Source: Halorhodospira halophila SL1 (GTDB taxonomy: Bacteria; Pseudomonadota; Gammaproteobacteria; Nitrococcales; Halorhodospiraceae). From it: a DNA stretch of 32,000 nt. Positions 24,072 to 32,000 of this stretch are shown here, piece after piece. The stretch covers positions 2,580,001 through 2,612,000 of the forward strand of contig NC_008789.1 of the NCBI RefSeq assembly GCF_000015585.1, in the 5' to 3' direction. Under the pieces are notes generated by a model that was not told the origin of the DNA, ran no database searches, and saw only the letters and a program-made list of their open reading frames with translations. Each line of letters begins with the position of its first letter. Positions within the stretch are counted from its first letter, which is position 1. The translations under genes and the position numbers were made by a program.

Positions 24072-26084
24072 ATGCACGGTCAATGTTTCCCTGATTCGCG
24101 GACGGAACGGGGTACTCAGTCAGCCCGCCCCCTCCTGCCCCGCATCCTGTTCATCGCGGCACTGCTCGCGCCGATGCTCGTTGTCGCCGACGATGACGCC
24201 TGGGCGGAGCGCGGCGACGGCATTACGTTGAACTTTGAGGATGCGGATATCAAGTCGGTGATTGCGCTCGTCTCCGAGCGCACCGGGCGGAACTTTGTGG
24301 TTGACCCCCGGGTCCGCGGCGAACTCACCGTCATCTCCAGCCAGCCGGTGGACGACGACCAGCTCTACCAGGTCTTCCTCTCCGCCCTACAGATCCACGG
24401 CTTCGCCGCCATCCCCGCGGACGGGGCCATCCGCATCGTGCCCAAGAACATCGCCAAGCGCGACCAGACCCCCGTCCCCGAGCCCGGCACTGCGGAGAGC
24501 GGCCACAACTTCGTCACCCAGGTCATTCCCATTGAGCACGTCGAGGCCTCGGAGCTCATTCCCCTTCTGCGACCGCTGATCTCGGACGAGGCCGAACTAG
24601 CCGCCTACTCGGAGACCAACACGCTGATCGTCTCTGAGACCGCTGGCAACATCGGGCGGCTCAAGCGCTTGATCGACCGCGTCGACCAGGACACCACCGG
24701 CGTCACGGAGGTGGTCCCCCTTGAACACGGCTCGGCGAGCGAGATCGTCGAGATGGTCGAGGCCATCGAGCCGGAGAAGCGCGCCGGCCGCCGCCTACTG
24801 CTTGCCGCCGACGACCGAAGCAACAGCGTTCTGGTCGGCGGCGACCCGGCCCGGCGACCCAGCGTCATGGAGCTGATCCAGCGCCTCGACGCCGAGCTCG
24901 AGGACGAGGAAGGCGCTGCAGTGATCTACCTGCGCTATAGCGATGCCGAGAGCATCGTCCCCATCCTGGAGGGCATGGCCGAGGGGATGGCGCGCGGCCC
25001 GGAGGGTGAGACCGGCGTCAGCATCCACGACCACGAGGCGACCAACGCCCTGATCATCAATGGCCCGCCCGATCTGGTCGCCAAGCTGCGCGGGGTAGTG
25101 AACCGGCTCGACGTGCGTCGAGCACAGGTCCTGGTGGAGGCGATCATCGCCGAGGTCTCCGCCGAGCGCAGCCAGGAGCTGGGCATTCAGTGGGGCGCCC
25201 TCGGCGATCAGGGGGTGGGCTTGGTCAATTTCGACGCGGCCGGAGGCGGATCTGTGACCAACATCGGGCGCGCAGCGGCGGGAGGCACCGATGCGCTGGG
25301 TAACCTGTCCCTCGGATCCGGCCTCACCGCCGGCGCCGCCACCCGCGGCGGCGAGCTGGGTGTGCTGCTACGGGCGCTCTCCAGCGAATCGGACAGCAAC
25401 ATCCTCTCGACCCCCTCGGTGATGACCATGGACAACGAGGAGGCGGAGATCGTCGTCGGTCAAAACGTCCCCTTCGTCACCGGGCGCGAGGTCGGCGACA
25501 CCCGAGACTTCCAGTCGATCCAGCGCGAGGACGTCGGCGTGCAGCTGCGCATCCGCCCCCAGATCAACGAGGGCGACAGCCTCAAGCTGGACATCGAGAA
25601 GGAGGTCTCCGACGTCCAGGAGCGGGGCGAGGCGGAGGATATCGTCACCAGCATGCGCTCGATCACCACCAGCGCCATGGTCGACGACGGCGAGATCATG
25701 GTCCTTGGCGGCCTCATGGACGAGCAGGCCGAGAGCCAGACGGACCGGGTCCCGGGCCTGGGCAGCATCCCGGGCCTCGGTTGGCTCTTCCGCTACGAGA
25801 GCAGCGCGGCACAGAAGCAGAACCTGATGGTCTTCCTGCGCCCGCGGATCATCGAGAACCGCGACGATGCCCGGGAGCTGACCAGCCCCAAGTACAACCT
25901 GATCCGCAATCGTCAGCTCGCCTCCCGGGCCCGCGGCATGCGCTTCCTCGACGACGAAGACATCCCCGTTCTGTCGCAGCGGCGGGCGTTCATGGAGCTG
26001 CCGCCGGAGTTCGGGGATCGCGCCGGGGCGCCGCGACAAAGCGGCAACCTCGACGCCCCCCCGCGCCGGCCGGACCTGTTCTAG
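24072..26084 (+). CDS. gspD: Type II secretion system secretin GspD
   Basis: 670 aa with signal peptide ...ILFIAALLAPMLVVA, N0-N3-type domains (ITLNFEDADIKSVIALVSERTGRNFVVDPRV...) and a secretin core ending ...DRVPGLGSIPGLGWLFRY. Confidence 0.9.
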   Translation: MHGQCFPDSRTERGTQSARPLLPRILFIAALLAPMLVVADDDAWAERGDGITLNFEDADIKSVIALVSERTGRNFVVDPRVRGELTVISSQPVDDDQLYQVFLSALQIHGFAAIPADGAIRIVPKNIAKRDQTPVPEPGTAESGHNFVTQVIPIEHVEASELIPLLRPLISDEAELAAYSETNTLIVSETAGNIGRLKRLIDRVDQDTTGVTEVVPLEHGSASEIVEMVEAIEPEKRAGRRLLLAADDRSNSVLVGGDPARRPSVMELIQRLDAELEDEEGAAVIYLRYSDAESIVPILEGMAEGMARGPEGETGVSIHDHEATNALIINGPPDLVAKLRGVVNRLDVRRAQVLVEAIIAEVSAERSQELGIQWGALGDQGVGLVNFDAAGGGSVTNIGRAAAGGTDALGNLSLGSGLTAGAATRGGELGVLLRALSSESDSNILSTPSVMTMDNEEAEIVVGQNVPFVTGREVGDTRDFQSIQREDVGVQLRIRPQINEGDSLKLDIEKEVSDVQERGEAEDIVTSMRSITTSAMVDDGEIMVLGGLMDEQAESQTDRVPGLGSIPGLGWLFRYESSAAQKQNLMVFLRPRIIENRDDARELTSPKYNLIRNRQLASRARGMRFLDDEDIPVLSQRRAFMELPPEFGDRAGAPRQSGNLDAPPRRPDLF

Positions 26085-26090
26085 AAGGCG

Positions 26091-27323
26091 ATGCCAGCGT
26101 TCGAGTATCAGGCCCTCGACCCCAACGGACGCACCCGCTCCGGTGTGCTGGAAGGCGACAGCGCCCGGCAGATCCGGACGCAGCTGCGCGAGCAGGCCCT
26201 CACCCCGCTGAGCGTCCACGAGGTCGCCGAGCGGGAACAGCGCAGCGCGGCCTCCACCGGGAGCGGCACACGCCTGCTGCCACGCCGCGGGGTTCGCGCC
26301 GGCGACCTGGCGCTGGTCACCCGGCAGATGGCGACCCTGGTCCGCTCCGGGCTGCCGCTGGAGGAGGTGCTTCGCACCGTCTCCCGACAGACCGAACGCA
26401 AGCGGCTCAAGAGCGTACTGCTGGCCGTGCGCACCCGGGTCACCGAGGGCCACAGCCTGGCCCAGGCCCTCGGCGACTTCCCGCACATCTTTCCGGACAT
26501 CTACCGAACCTCCGTAGCCGCCGGCGAGCAGTCGGGCCACCTGGAAGTCGTCCTTGAGCGCCTTGCGGAGTACGCTGAGAAACGCCAGCAGATGCGCCAG
26601 AAGGTGCAGCTGGCCCTCTTCTACCCGATTCTGCTGACGGTGATGGCGATCCTCGTCACCGTCGCCCTGCTCGGCTACGTGGTCCCGGAGGTCATCCAGG
26701 TCTTTGACAACATCGGCCAGGATCTTCCGGCGCTGACCATTGGTCTCATTGCCGTGAGCGAGGCGGTTCAGGACTACGGCCCCTACACCGGGATCGGCTT
26801 GGGACTGGCCTTCCTGGCCGGGACACAGTTCCTGCGCCGCCCCGGACCACGCCGCCGGTGGGATCGACTGCTCCTGCGCCTGCCGCTGATCGGGCGCCTG
26901 GTGCGCGGCACCAACACCGCCCGCTTCGCGCGGACACTGGCGATCGTCTCCGCCTCCGGGGTGCCGATCCTGGAGGGGCTGCGGATCTCCAGCCAGGTGG
27001 TGGGCAACGTGGCCATGCGCGAGGCCATCGACCAGGCGGCCCGGGAGGTGCGCGAGGGCGGTTCCCTGGCCCGCTCGCTGGAGCGCAGCGGCTATTTCCC
27101 GCCGATGACGGTACACTTGATCGCCAGCGGGGAGTCGAGCGGCGACCTCAACCAGATGCTCGGCCGGGCAGCCGAGAGCCAGGAGCAGGAGATGGAGACC
27201 ACCACCGGTGTGCTCGTTGGCCTCTTTGAGCCGGCGCTGATCCTGGTCATGGGCGGCGTCGTGCTGACCATCGTCCTCGCCATCCTCCTGCCGATCTTCG
27301 AGATCAACCAGCTTGTTCAGTAG
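26091..27323 (+). CDS. gspF: Type II secretion system inner-membrane platform protein GspF
   Basis: 410 aa with two GspF repeats (MPAFEYQALDPNGR..., LATLVRSGLPLEEVL..., ARTLAIVSASGVPILEGL...). GAAGG lies upstream. Confidence 0.9.
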   Translation: MPAFEYQALDPNGRTRSGVLEGDSARQIRTQLREQALTPLSVHEVAEREQRSAASTGSGTRLLPRRGVRAGDLALVTRQMATLVRSGLPLEEVLRTVSRQTERKRLKSVLLAVRTRVTEGHSLAQALGDFPHIFPDIYRTSVAAGEQSGHLEVVLERLAEYAEKRQQMRQKVQLALFYPILLTVMAILVTVALLGYVVPEVIQVFDNIGQDLPALTIGLIAVSEAVQDYGPYTGIGLGLAFLAGTQFLRRPGPRRRWDRLLLRLPLIGRLVRGTNTARFARTLAIVSASGVPILEGLRISSQVVGNVAMREAIDQAAREVREGGSLARSLERSGYFPPMTVHLIASGESSGDLNQMLGRAAESQEQEMETTTGVLVGLFEPALILVMGGVVLTIVLAILLPIFEINQLVQ

Positions 27324-27341
27324 AGGCTAAACCGATTGACC

Positions 27342-27776
27342 ATGACAACCGTTCAACCGAGACGATCGCGCGGCTTTACCCTCATCGAGATCATGGTGGT
27401 GGTGGTGATCCTCGGCATCCTCGCCGGAATCGTCGTCCCCCGGATCATGGACCGTCCGGATAGCGCCCGGGTGGAAGCCGCCAAGCAGGACATCCGGGCC
27501 ATCGAGTCGGCCCTGAACCTCTATCGCCTGGACAACAACCGTTACCCGAGCACCGATCAGGGGCTCGAGGCCCTGGTGGAGGAACCCAGCGGCGACCCGG
27601 AGCCGCAGAACTGGCAGGGCTACCTGGACAGCGTCCCCACCGACCCGTGGGGGAACGAGTACCAATACATGAACCCGGGCGAGCACGGCGACATCGATAT
27701 CTACAGCCTCGGTGCCGACGGCAGCCCCGGGGGCGAGGGCGTGGATGCCGAGATCGGCAACTGGGACGTGGACTGA
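27342..27776 (+). CDS. gspG: Type II secretion major pseudopilin GspG
   Basis: Prepilin leader/cleavage motif RSRG|FTLIEIMVVVVILGILA. The GspG body is DIRAIESALNLYRLDNNRYPSTDQGLEALV...DPWGNEYQY...SLGADGSPGGEGVDAEIGNW. The track's 27336 start is a TTG; the ATG at 27342 is preferred. Confidence 0.9.
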   Translation: MTTVQPRRSRGFTLIEIMVVVVILGILAGIVVPRIMDRPDSARVEAAKQDIRAIESALNLYRLDNNRYPSTDQGLEALVEEPSGDPEPQNWQGYLDSVPTDPWGNEYQYMNPGEHGDIDIYSLGADGSPGGEGVDAEIGNWDVD

Positions 27777-28308
27777 CCGACGCCGCGCCGGCTTCACGCT
27801 CGTCGAGCTCCTGGCGGTCATCGCCATCATGGCGGCGCTCACCGGGCTGGTGGTGATCTCGGTGGGCGACGGCGGGCGGGACCGGGAGGTCCACCAGCAC
27901 GCGCAGCGCCTCGCCGCCCTGATCGAGCTGGCCCGCGAGGAGGTCCTGCTCGGCGCGGGCGAGGTGGGCGTGGCCTTCACCCGGCACCGCTACCACTTCC
28001 AGCGCCAGCAGCTGGTGGATGACGACACGGTGGAGTGGCGCGACATCCCCGATGCCGATACCCTCCGGCCCCGCTCGCTACTCGACGACGACCTGGAGCT
28101 GGCCCTGCGGGTCGCAGGGCGCGGGGCGCCGCTGGAGCTGGATCCGGAGCACCCGGACCCTCAAGTCTTCATCGAGGGCAGTGGGGAGATCACCCCCTTT
28201 GAACTCTTCCTGATCGACTCGGACGATCGCGAGCGCGCCGTCCGCCTGACCGGCGAGATGGACGGCTCGCTGGCCATCGACCGGCCCGGCCCACGGGAGC
28301 TGCCATGA
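27745..28308 (+). CDS. gspH: Type II secretion minor pseudopilin GspH
   Basis: Prepilin motif RRRAG|FTLVELLAVIAIMAAL and a GspH-like body. The start is uncertain (ATG 27745 or GTG 27712). Either start overlaps the 3' end of gspG. Confidence 0.75.
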   Translation: MPRSATGTWTDRRRAGFTLVELLAVIAIMAALTGLVVISVGDGGRDREVHQHAQRLAALIELAREEVLLGAGEVGVAFTRHRYHFQRQQLVDDDTVEWRDIPDADTLRPRSLLDDDLELALRVAGRGAPLELDPEHPDPQVFIEGSGEITPFELFLIDSDDRERAVRLTGEMDGSLAIDRPGPRELP

Positions 28309-28736
28309 CCCGGCCCAGCCGTGGCTTTACCCTGATGGAGGTCCTGGTGGCCGTGGCCATCCTGGCCACCGCCCTGGCCGCCGCCATCCGCGTCGGCAGC
28401 CAGGCCGCGGGGAACACCGTGGAGCTGCGCGAGCGCGCCTACGCCGGATGGGTGGCTGAGAATGAGCTGGCCCGCATCCAGTCCGGCATGCAGCCGCTGG
28501 ACGGCGCCACGGTGCGCAACGGCAGCGCCGAGATGGCCGGCATGGAGTGGGACTGGGAGCTCACCGCCGAGGAAGCCGACCCGCCGGTGCCGGTGGACCT
28601 GGAACTGGCCGGACTGCTGGAGCTGCAGGTGGCGGTCTACCGCAGCGGCGAGACGGAGCGGCCGGTGGCCACGCGATCGCTGTGGTACCGGAGCCCGCGG
28701 GCCGAACTCGAGGACGACGAGGCGAACGATGACTGA
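28305..28736 (+). CDS. gspI: Type II secretion minor pseudopilin GspI
   Basis: PSRG|FTLMEVLVAVAILATAL followed by ...RAYAGWVAENELARI. ATGA overlap with gspH. Confidence 0.8.
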   Translation: MTRPSRGFTLMEVLVAVAILATALAAAIRVGSQAAGNTVELRERAYAGWVAENELARIQSGMQPLDGATVRNGSAEMAGMEWDWELTAEEADPPVPVDLELAGLLELQVAVYRSGETERPVATRSLWYRSPRAELEDDEANDD

Positions 28737-29400
28737 GCGTCGCCAGCGCGGCTTCACCCTCCTTGAGCTCCTCGTCGCCGTCGCCATCTTCGCCGTGGTC
28801 TCGGCGATGGCCTATGGCGGCCTGCGGACCGTGCTGGAGACCCGCGACCGAGTCGAGGCGGAGGGGCAACGGCTCGGCGAACTGCAACTGGCCCAGGGGG
28901 TCCTCGCCCGGGATCTGCGTCAGCACCTGGATCGGCCGTGGATCGACGCCTGGGGCGACCGGCGTCCGGCACTGGCCTACGATGCCCTGGATGCCGAGCC
29001 CCGCCTGGAGCTGATCACCGCGGCAGGCCGTGAAGGCACGCAGCAGAGCGTATTGCGCCGGGTCGGTTACGAGTTGGAGGATGGCGTCCTGTACCGCCTG
29101 GGCTGGACCACCCTGGACGGTGGCGGGGAGGATCCGCAGACGCGCAGCCGGCTGGCCGGCACCACGGAGGACGAAAGCCGGAGGCGGATCGAAGCCATCC
29201 GCTTCACCTTTCACTATCAGGACCCGGACGGCACCCTTCAGGAGACCGACCGCTGGCCACCGGACGCTGCACTCGGCGAGGCCGGCCAGCTCCTGGCGCT
29301 CGGGGTGACCCTGGAACTGGGCAACGGGGAAGAGATCCCACGCCTCCTCTCGGCACGGGGCATGGACCATGGCAACGGAACAGACGCAGATCTGGATTGA
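28729..29400 (+). CDS. gspJ: Type II secretion minor pseudopilin GspJ
   Basis: RQRG|FTLLELLVAVAIFAVVSAMAYGGL, 223 aa, overlapping the gspI stop by 8 nt. Confidence 0.8.
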   Translation: MTERRQRGFTLLELLVAVAIFAVVSAMAYGGLRTVLETRDRVEAEGQRLGELQLAQGVLARDLRQHLDRPWIDAWGDRRPALAYDALDAEPRLELITAAGREGTQQSVLRRVGYELEDGVLYRLGWTTLDGGGEDPQTRSRLAGTTEDESRRRIEAIRFTFHYQDPDGTLQETDRWPPDAALGEAGQLLALGVTLELGNGEEIPRLLSARGMDHGNGTDADLD

Positions 29401-30448
29401 GCGCCTCCGGGCGCTTGCCACCCCGGAGCGGGGCGCCCCCTGGGTGCGCCGGGCGGGGACGGTGCTGCTCGCCCTGGCCGTGGTGCTGATCGCCGCCACC
29501 GCCGCGGAGGTTACCTGGCGGGTCGTCGCCCCACCCCCGGACTCGACGGAGAGCACCGCCACGGCGCAAGGCCCCGCCCCCCGCCCGGGCGACGAAGATA
29601 CCGATGACGCACCGGAGGGCTTGCGCAGCGTGGCCGACCACCACCTCTTCGGCCGCCCGCCGGACGACCGCGATGCAAGACCGGAGATCCCCACGGACGC
29701 CCCCGAGACGCGCCTCAACCTGGCCCTCAAGGGCGTCCTGGCCATCGGCGGCGAGGGCCAGGGGGCCGCCATCATCGAGGAGGAGGGCGAGCACCGCGTC
29801 TACTTCGCCGGGGCCAAACTCGCCAGCAACGCCGTGGTCGAGCGAGTGGAGCGGGACCGGGTCATCCTCTCCCGGGACGGGGACTTCGAGATGCTCTCCC
29901 TGGAGCGGGAGGTCCTCGAGGTGGAAGAGGCCGCGCTGGAGGTGGACGACGACGACTTCCCCGGAGTCGCCGTCCACGGACAACCCGGGGAGGCGGATAC
30001 CGGCCTGGGCGTCGAGGACACCGATGCGCTGAGCGAGGCGGAGGGGGTCGATGACGACGCCGCAGAGTCCGACACCGGGGCCAAAGACGACTCGCCCGCC
30101 GATCCGGCTGATACCGCCGGGCAGATCGCCCGCGAGGAACTCGAGTCCCTGGAACAGCAGTTTCGCGAAGATCCCGGCCAGATCACCCGCATGGTGCAGG
30201 TACGGCCGGTGATGGGCGACGGCGCCATCCGGGGTTTCCGGCTCAGCGCCATGGATGACCGGGGGGCGGAACTGATGGATCAGCTCGGGCTGCGCAACGA
30301 GGACGTGATCACCGAGGTGGAGGGCGTCTCGGTAGCTGATCAGCAGGGGCTGCAGTCCCTGGTCGAGGAGATGCGCGAGGCCTCGCGGGTACGGGTGCGC
30401 CTGGAGCGCAACGGCAGCGAGCAAGAGATGACCCTGAGGATCGAGTAA
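29369..30448 (+). CDS. gspC: Type II secretion protein GspC (TM + HR domain + acidic linker + PDZ domain)
   Basis: TM segment TVLLALAVVLIAATAAEVTWRVV. HR-like region LNLALKGVLAIGG...AAIIEEEGEHRVYFAGAKL...VERVERDRVILSRDGDFEMLSL. C-terminal PDZ-like region IRGFRLS...LGLRNEDVITEVEGVSV. The start could alternatively be the GTG at 29444. Confidence 0.7.
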   Translation: MATEQTQIWIERLRALATPERGAPWVRRAGTVLLALAVVLIAATAAEVTWRVVAPPPDSTESTATAQGPAPRPGDEDTDDAPEGLRSVADHHLFGRPPDDRDARPEIPTDAPETRLNLALKGVLAIGGEGQGAAIIEEEGEHRVYFAGAKLASNAVVERVERDRVILSRDGDFEMLSLEREVLEVEEAALEVDDDDFPGVAVHGQPGEADTGLGVEDTDALSEAEGVDDDAAESDTGAKDDSPADPADTAGQIAREELESLEQQFREDPGQITRMVQVRPVMGDGAIRGFRLSAMDDRGAELMDQLGLRNEDVITEVEGVSVADQQGLQSLVEEMREASRVRVRLERNGSEQEMTLRIE

Positions 30449-31917
30449 TGGACGAGATCCCCTTCGCCTTCGCCCGCCGCCACGGCCTGGTACCGCTGGA
30501 GATCGGCGACGGCCAGGTCCGCGTCGCCTACCGCACCGGGGTGCAGCCGAGCGCTATCGCCGAACTGCGCCGGCGCCTGGGCCAGCCCCTGGCCCTGGAG
30601 CGGGTCGATACCGAGCGCTTCGAGGCACTGCTGCGCGAAGTCTACGAACGCTCCTCCGGCGAGGCGGCACAGGCCATGGAGGGGATCGGCGACGACATGG
30701 ACCTGCAGAGCGTGGCCAGCGAACTGGCCGAGCCGCAGGACCTCATGGAGACCGAGGACGACGCCCCGGTCATCCGCCTGATCAACGCCCTGCTCACCGA
30801 GGCGATCAAGGAGGACGCCTCGGACATCCACATCGAGACCTTCGAGTCCCGCCTGGTGGTCCGCTTTCGGGTCGACGGCGTGCTGCGCGAGGTCCTCGAG
30901 CCGCCGCCGGCCCTGGCGCCGCTGCTGATCTCCCGGGTGAAGGTGATGGCGCGACTGGACATCGCCGAGAAGCGCCTCCCCCAGGACGGGCGCATCTCCC
31001 TGCGCATCGCCGGGCGCCCGGTGGACGTGCGCGTCTCCACCCTGCCCGTCGGTCAGGGCGAGCGAGTGGTGCTGCGCCTGCTCGACAAGCAGGCCGGGCG
31101 GCTCAATCTCACTCATCTGGGCATGGACGAGCGCAACCTGGCCAGCCTCCAGCGGGTCATCCACGCGCCCCACGGCATCCTGCTGGTCACCGGGCCCACC
31201 GGCTCGGGCAAGACCACGACCCTCTACGCCGCTCTGGCCGCCATCAACGACCGCCAGCGCAACATCATGACCGTGGAGGACCCCATCGAGTACTACATCG
31301 ACGGGGTCAACCAGACGCAGATCAACCCGAAGGTGGACATGACCTTCGCCCGCGGCCTGCGCGCCATCCTGCGCCAGGACCCGGACGTGGTGATGGTCGG
31401 CGAGATCCGCGACGTGGAGACCATGGAGATCGCCATCCAGGCCTCGCTGACCGGCCACCTGGTGCTCTCCACTCTGCACACCAACACCTCCATCGGCGCC
31501 GTCACCCGGCTGCGGGATATGGGCATCGAGCCCTTCCTGCTCGCCTCCAGCCTCATCGGCGTCATGGCCCAGCGCCTGGTGCGCCTGCTCTGCCCCGAGT
31601 GCAAAACCCCGTACCAGCCGACGCCCTCCGATCTGGAGCGGCTCGGCATCGACGCCCGGGGGGAACTGCCGACGCTCTACCAGGCCGTGGGCTGCGAGGC
31701 GTGCAACCACCTGGGCTACCGCGGCCGGACCGGGATCTACGACGTGGTGGAGCTCGACCCCACGCTCCGGCAGATGATCCACGACGGCGCCGGTGAGCAG
31801 GATATGGAGCGCTACGCCCGGCGCAGCAACCCCTCCATGGCCGCCGATGGCGCACGGCGCATCCTCAACGGCGAGACCACGGTGGAAGAGGTCTTGCGGG
31901 TGACGCAGGAGGGGTAA
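30448..31917 (+). CDS. gspE: Type II secretion ATPase GspE
   Basis: N-terminal FAFARRHGLVPLE, Walker A GPTGSGKTTT, Asp and His boxes, Walker B, and the tetracysteine motif CPECK...GCEACNHLGYRGR. TAATG overlap with the gspC stop. Confidence 0.9.
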   Translation: MDEIPFAFARRHGLVPLEIGDGQVRVAYRTGVQPSAIAELRRRLGQPLALERVDTERFEALLREVYERSSGEAAQAMEGIGDDMDLQSVASELAEPQDLMETEDDAPVIRLINALLTEAIKEDASDIHIETFESRLVVRFRVDGVLREVLEPPPALAPLLISRVKVMARLDIAEKRLPQDGRISLRIAGRPVDVRVSTLPVGQGERVVLRLLDKQAGRLNLTHLGMDERNLASLQRVIHAPHGILLVTGPTGSGKTTTLYAALAAINDRQRNIMTVEDPIEYYIDGVNQTQINPKVDMTFARGLRAILRQDPDVVMVGEIRDVETMEIAIQASLTGHLVLSTLHTNTSIGAVTRLRDMGIEPFLLASSLIGVMAQRLVRLLCPECKTPYQPTPSDLERLGIDARGELPTLYQAVGCEACNHLGYRGRTGIYDVVELDPTLRQMIHDGAGEQDMERYARRSNPSMAADGARRILNGETTVEEVLRVTQEG

Positions 31918-32000
31918 CCCGGCACCAAGCCGAACACGGGGCAGAGGCGCCCCTCCGCCCCGCAGCCTTCAGCTTGGCACGAGGCCTTCCTCAAGCCGGC

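Noticed and set aside
24042-24083. The longer bamD start (TTG at 24083, adding MTVHSCTPARRAKG).
   Set aside because: It is a non-ATG start that would overlap gspD. The ATG at 24041 gives a standard lipoprotein signal peptide. I kept it as an alternative in a finding.
482-31782. Many long ORFs antisense to, or out of frame with, the genes called above. Examples are 482..1645(-), 7930..9588(-), 11028..12881(-), 12944..14059(-), 14433..15473(-), 25368..27116(-), 28561..29775(-), 29204..30424(-) and 30340..31782(-).
   Set aside because: Their translations are low-complexity, Arg/Gly/Ala/Pro-rich strings with no recognisable motifs. Each lies opposite or offset to an ORF with strong family signatures. 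Stop-codon depletion in ~70% GC DNA produces such shadow ORFs routinely.
31937-31962. CGGGGC...GCCCCG inverted repeat after gspE, considered as a terminator.
   Set aside because: It has a 6-bp stem, a 14-nt loop and no U-tract, and the window ends 38 nt later, so the context cannot be judged.
1-32000. Search by eye for CRISPR arrays, tRNA or rRNA genes, transposases, integrases, toxin-antitoxin pairs and known phage-defence gene signatures.
   Set aside because: I saw no regularly spaced direct repeats, no cloverleaf-like conserved tRNA blocks, and no DDE, tyrosine or serine recombinase or nuclease/helicase-type ORFs. All sizeable ORFs are accounted for by the features listed. tRNAscan, Infernal or a repeat finder would be needed to exclude small elements rigorously.

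Overview
This is a high-GC bacterial chromosome segment. Hand counts on sampled 60-nt lines give about 65-80% GC for most genes. Gene content suggests a halophilic or alkaliphilic gammaproteobacterium, but that is inference only.

From left to right the window contains:
- the 3' part of a cysN-cysC fusion;
- a convergent archaeal/metazoan-type RtcB RNA ligase;
- a ~480-nt non-coding region holding a clear guanidine-I (ykkC) riboswitch with a terminator-type expression platform;
- the seven-gene operon behind that riboswitch: an ABC importer, two DUF1989 proteins, a biotin-dependent urea/guanidine carboxylase and allophanate hydrolase;
- an orphan GT4 glycosyltransferase;
- a BetT-like BCCT osmolyte transporter;
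- an accessory-looking block at 16.2-23.2 kb (described below);
- bamD;
- a type II secretion cluster in the unusual order gspD-F-G-H-I-J-C-E, with no gspK, L, M or O visible.

The accessory block encodes four proteins: an 888-aa lipoprotein with about 14 propeller-type repeats and clearly lower GC; an orphan Wzz/PCP-like protein with a ~300-aa charged coiled coil; a PrcB-like lipoprotein; and, divergent from it, a subtilisin (S8) protease ending in a CFIATAAYGS-type C-terminal module.

I saw no rRNA, tRNA, CRISPR array, transposase or integrase.

The best candidate for something undescribed is the envelope module at 16253-23200, with the PrcB-like/subtilase pair as its core. It sits next to the non-canonical T2SS. 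That is a hypothesis from domain recognition and gene context, not a demonstrated system. The many long antisense ORFs in the six-frame track are high-GC artefacts.
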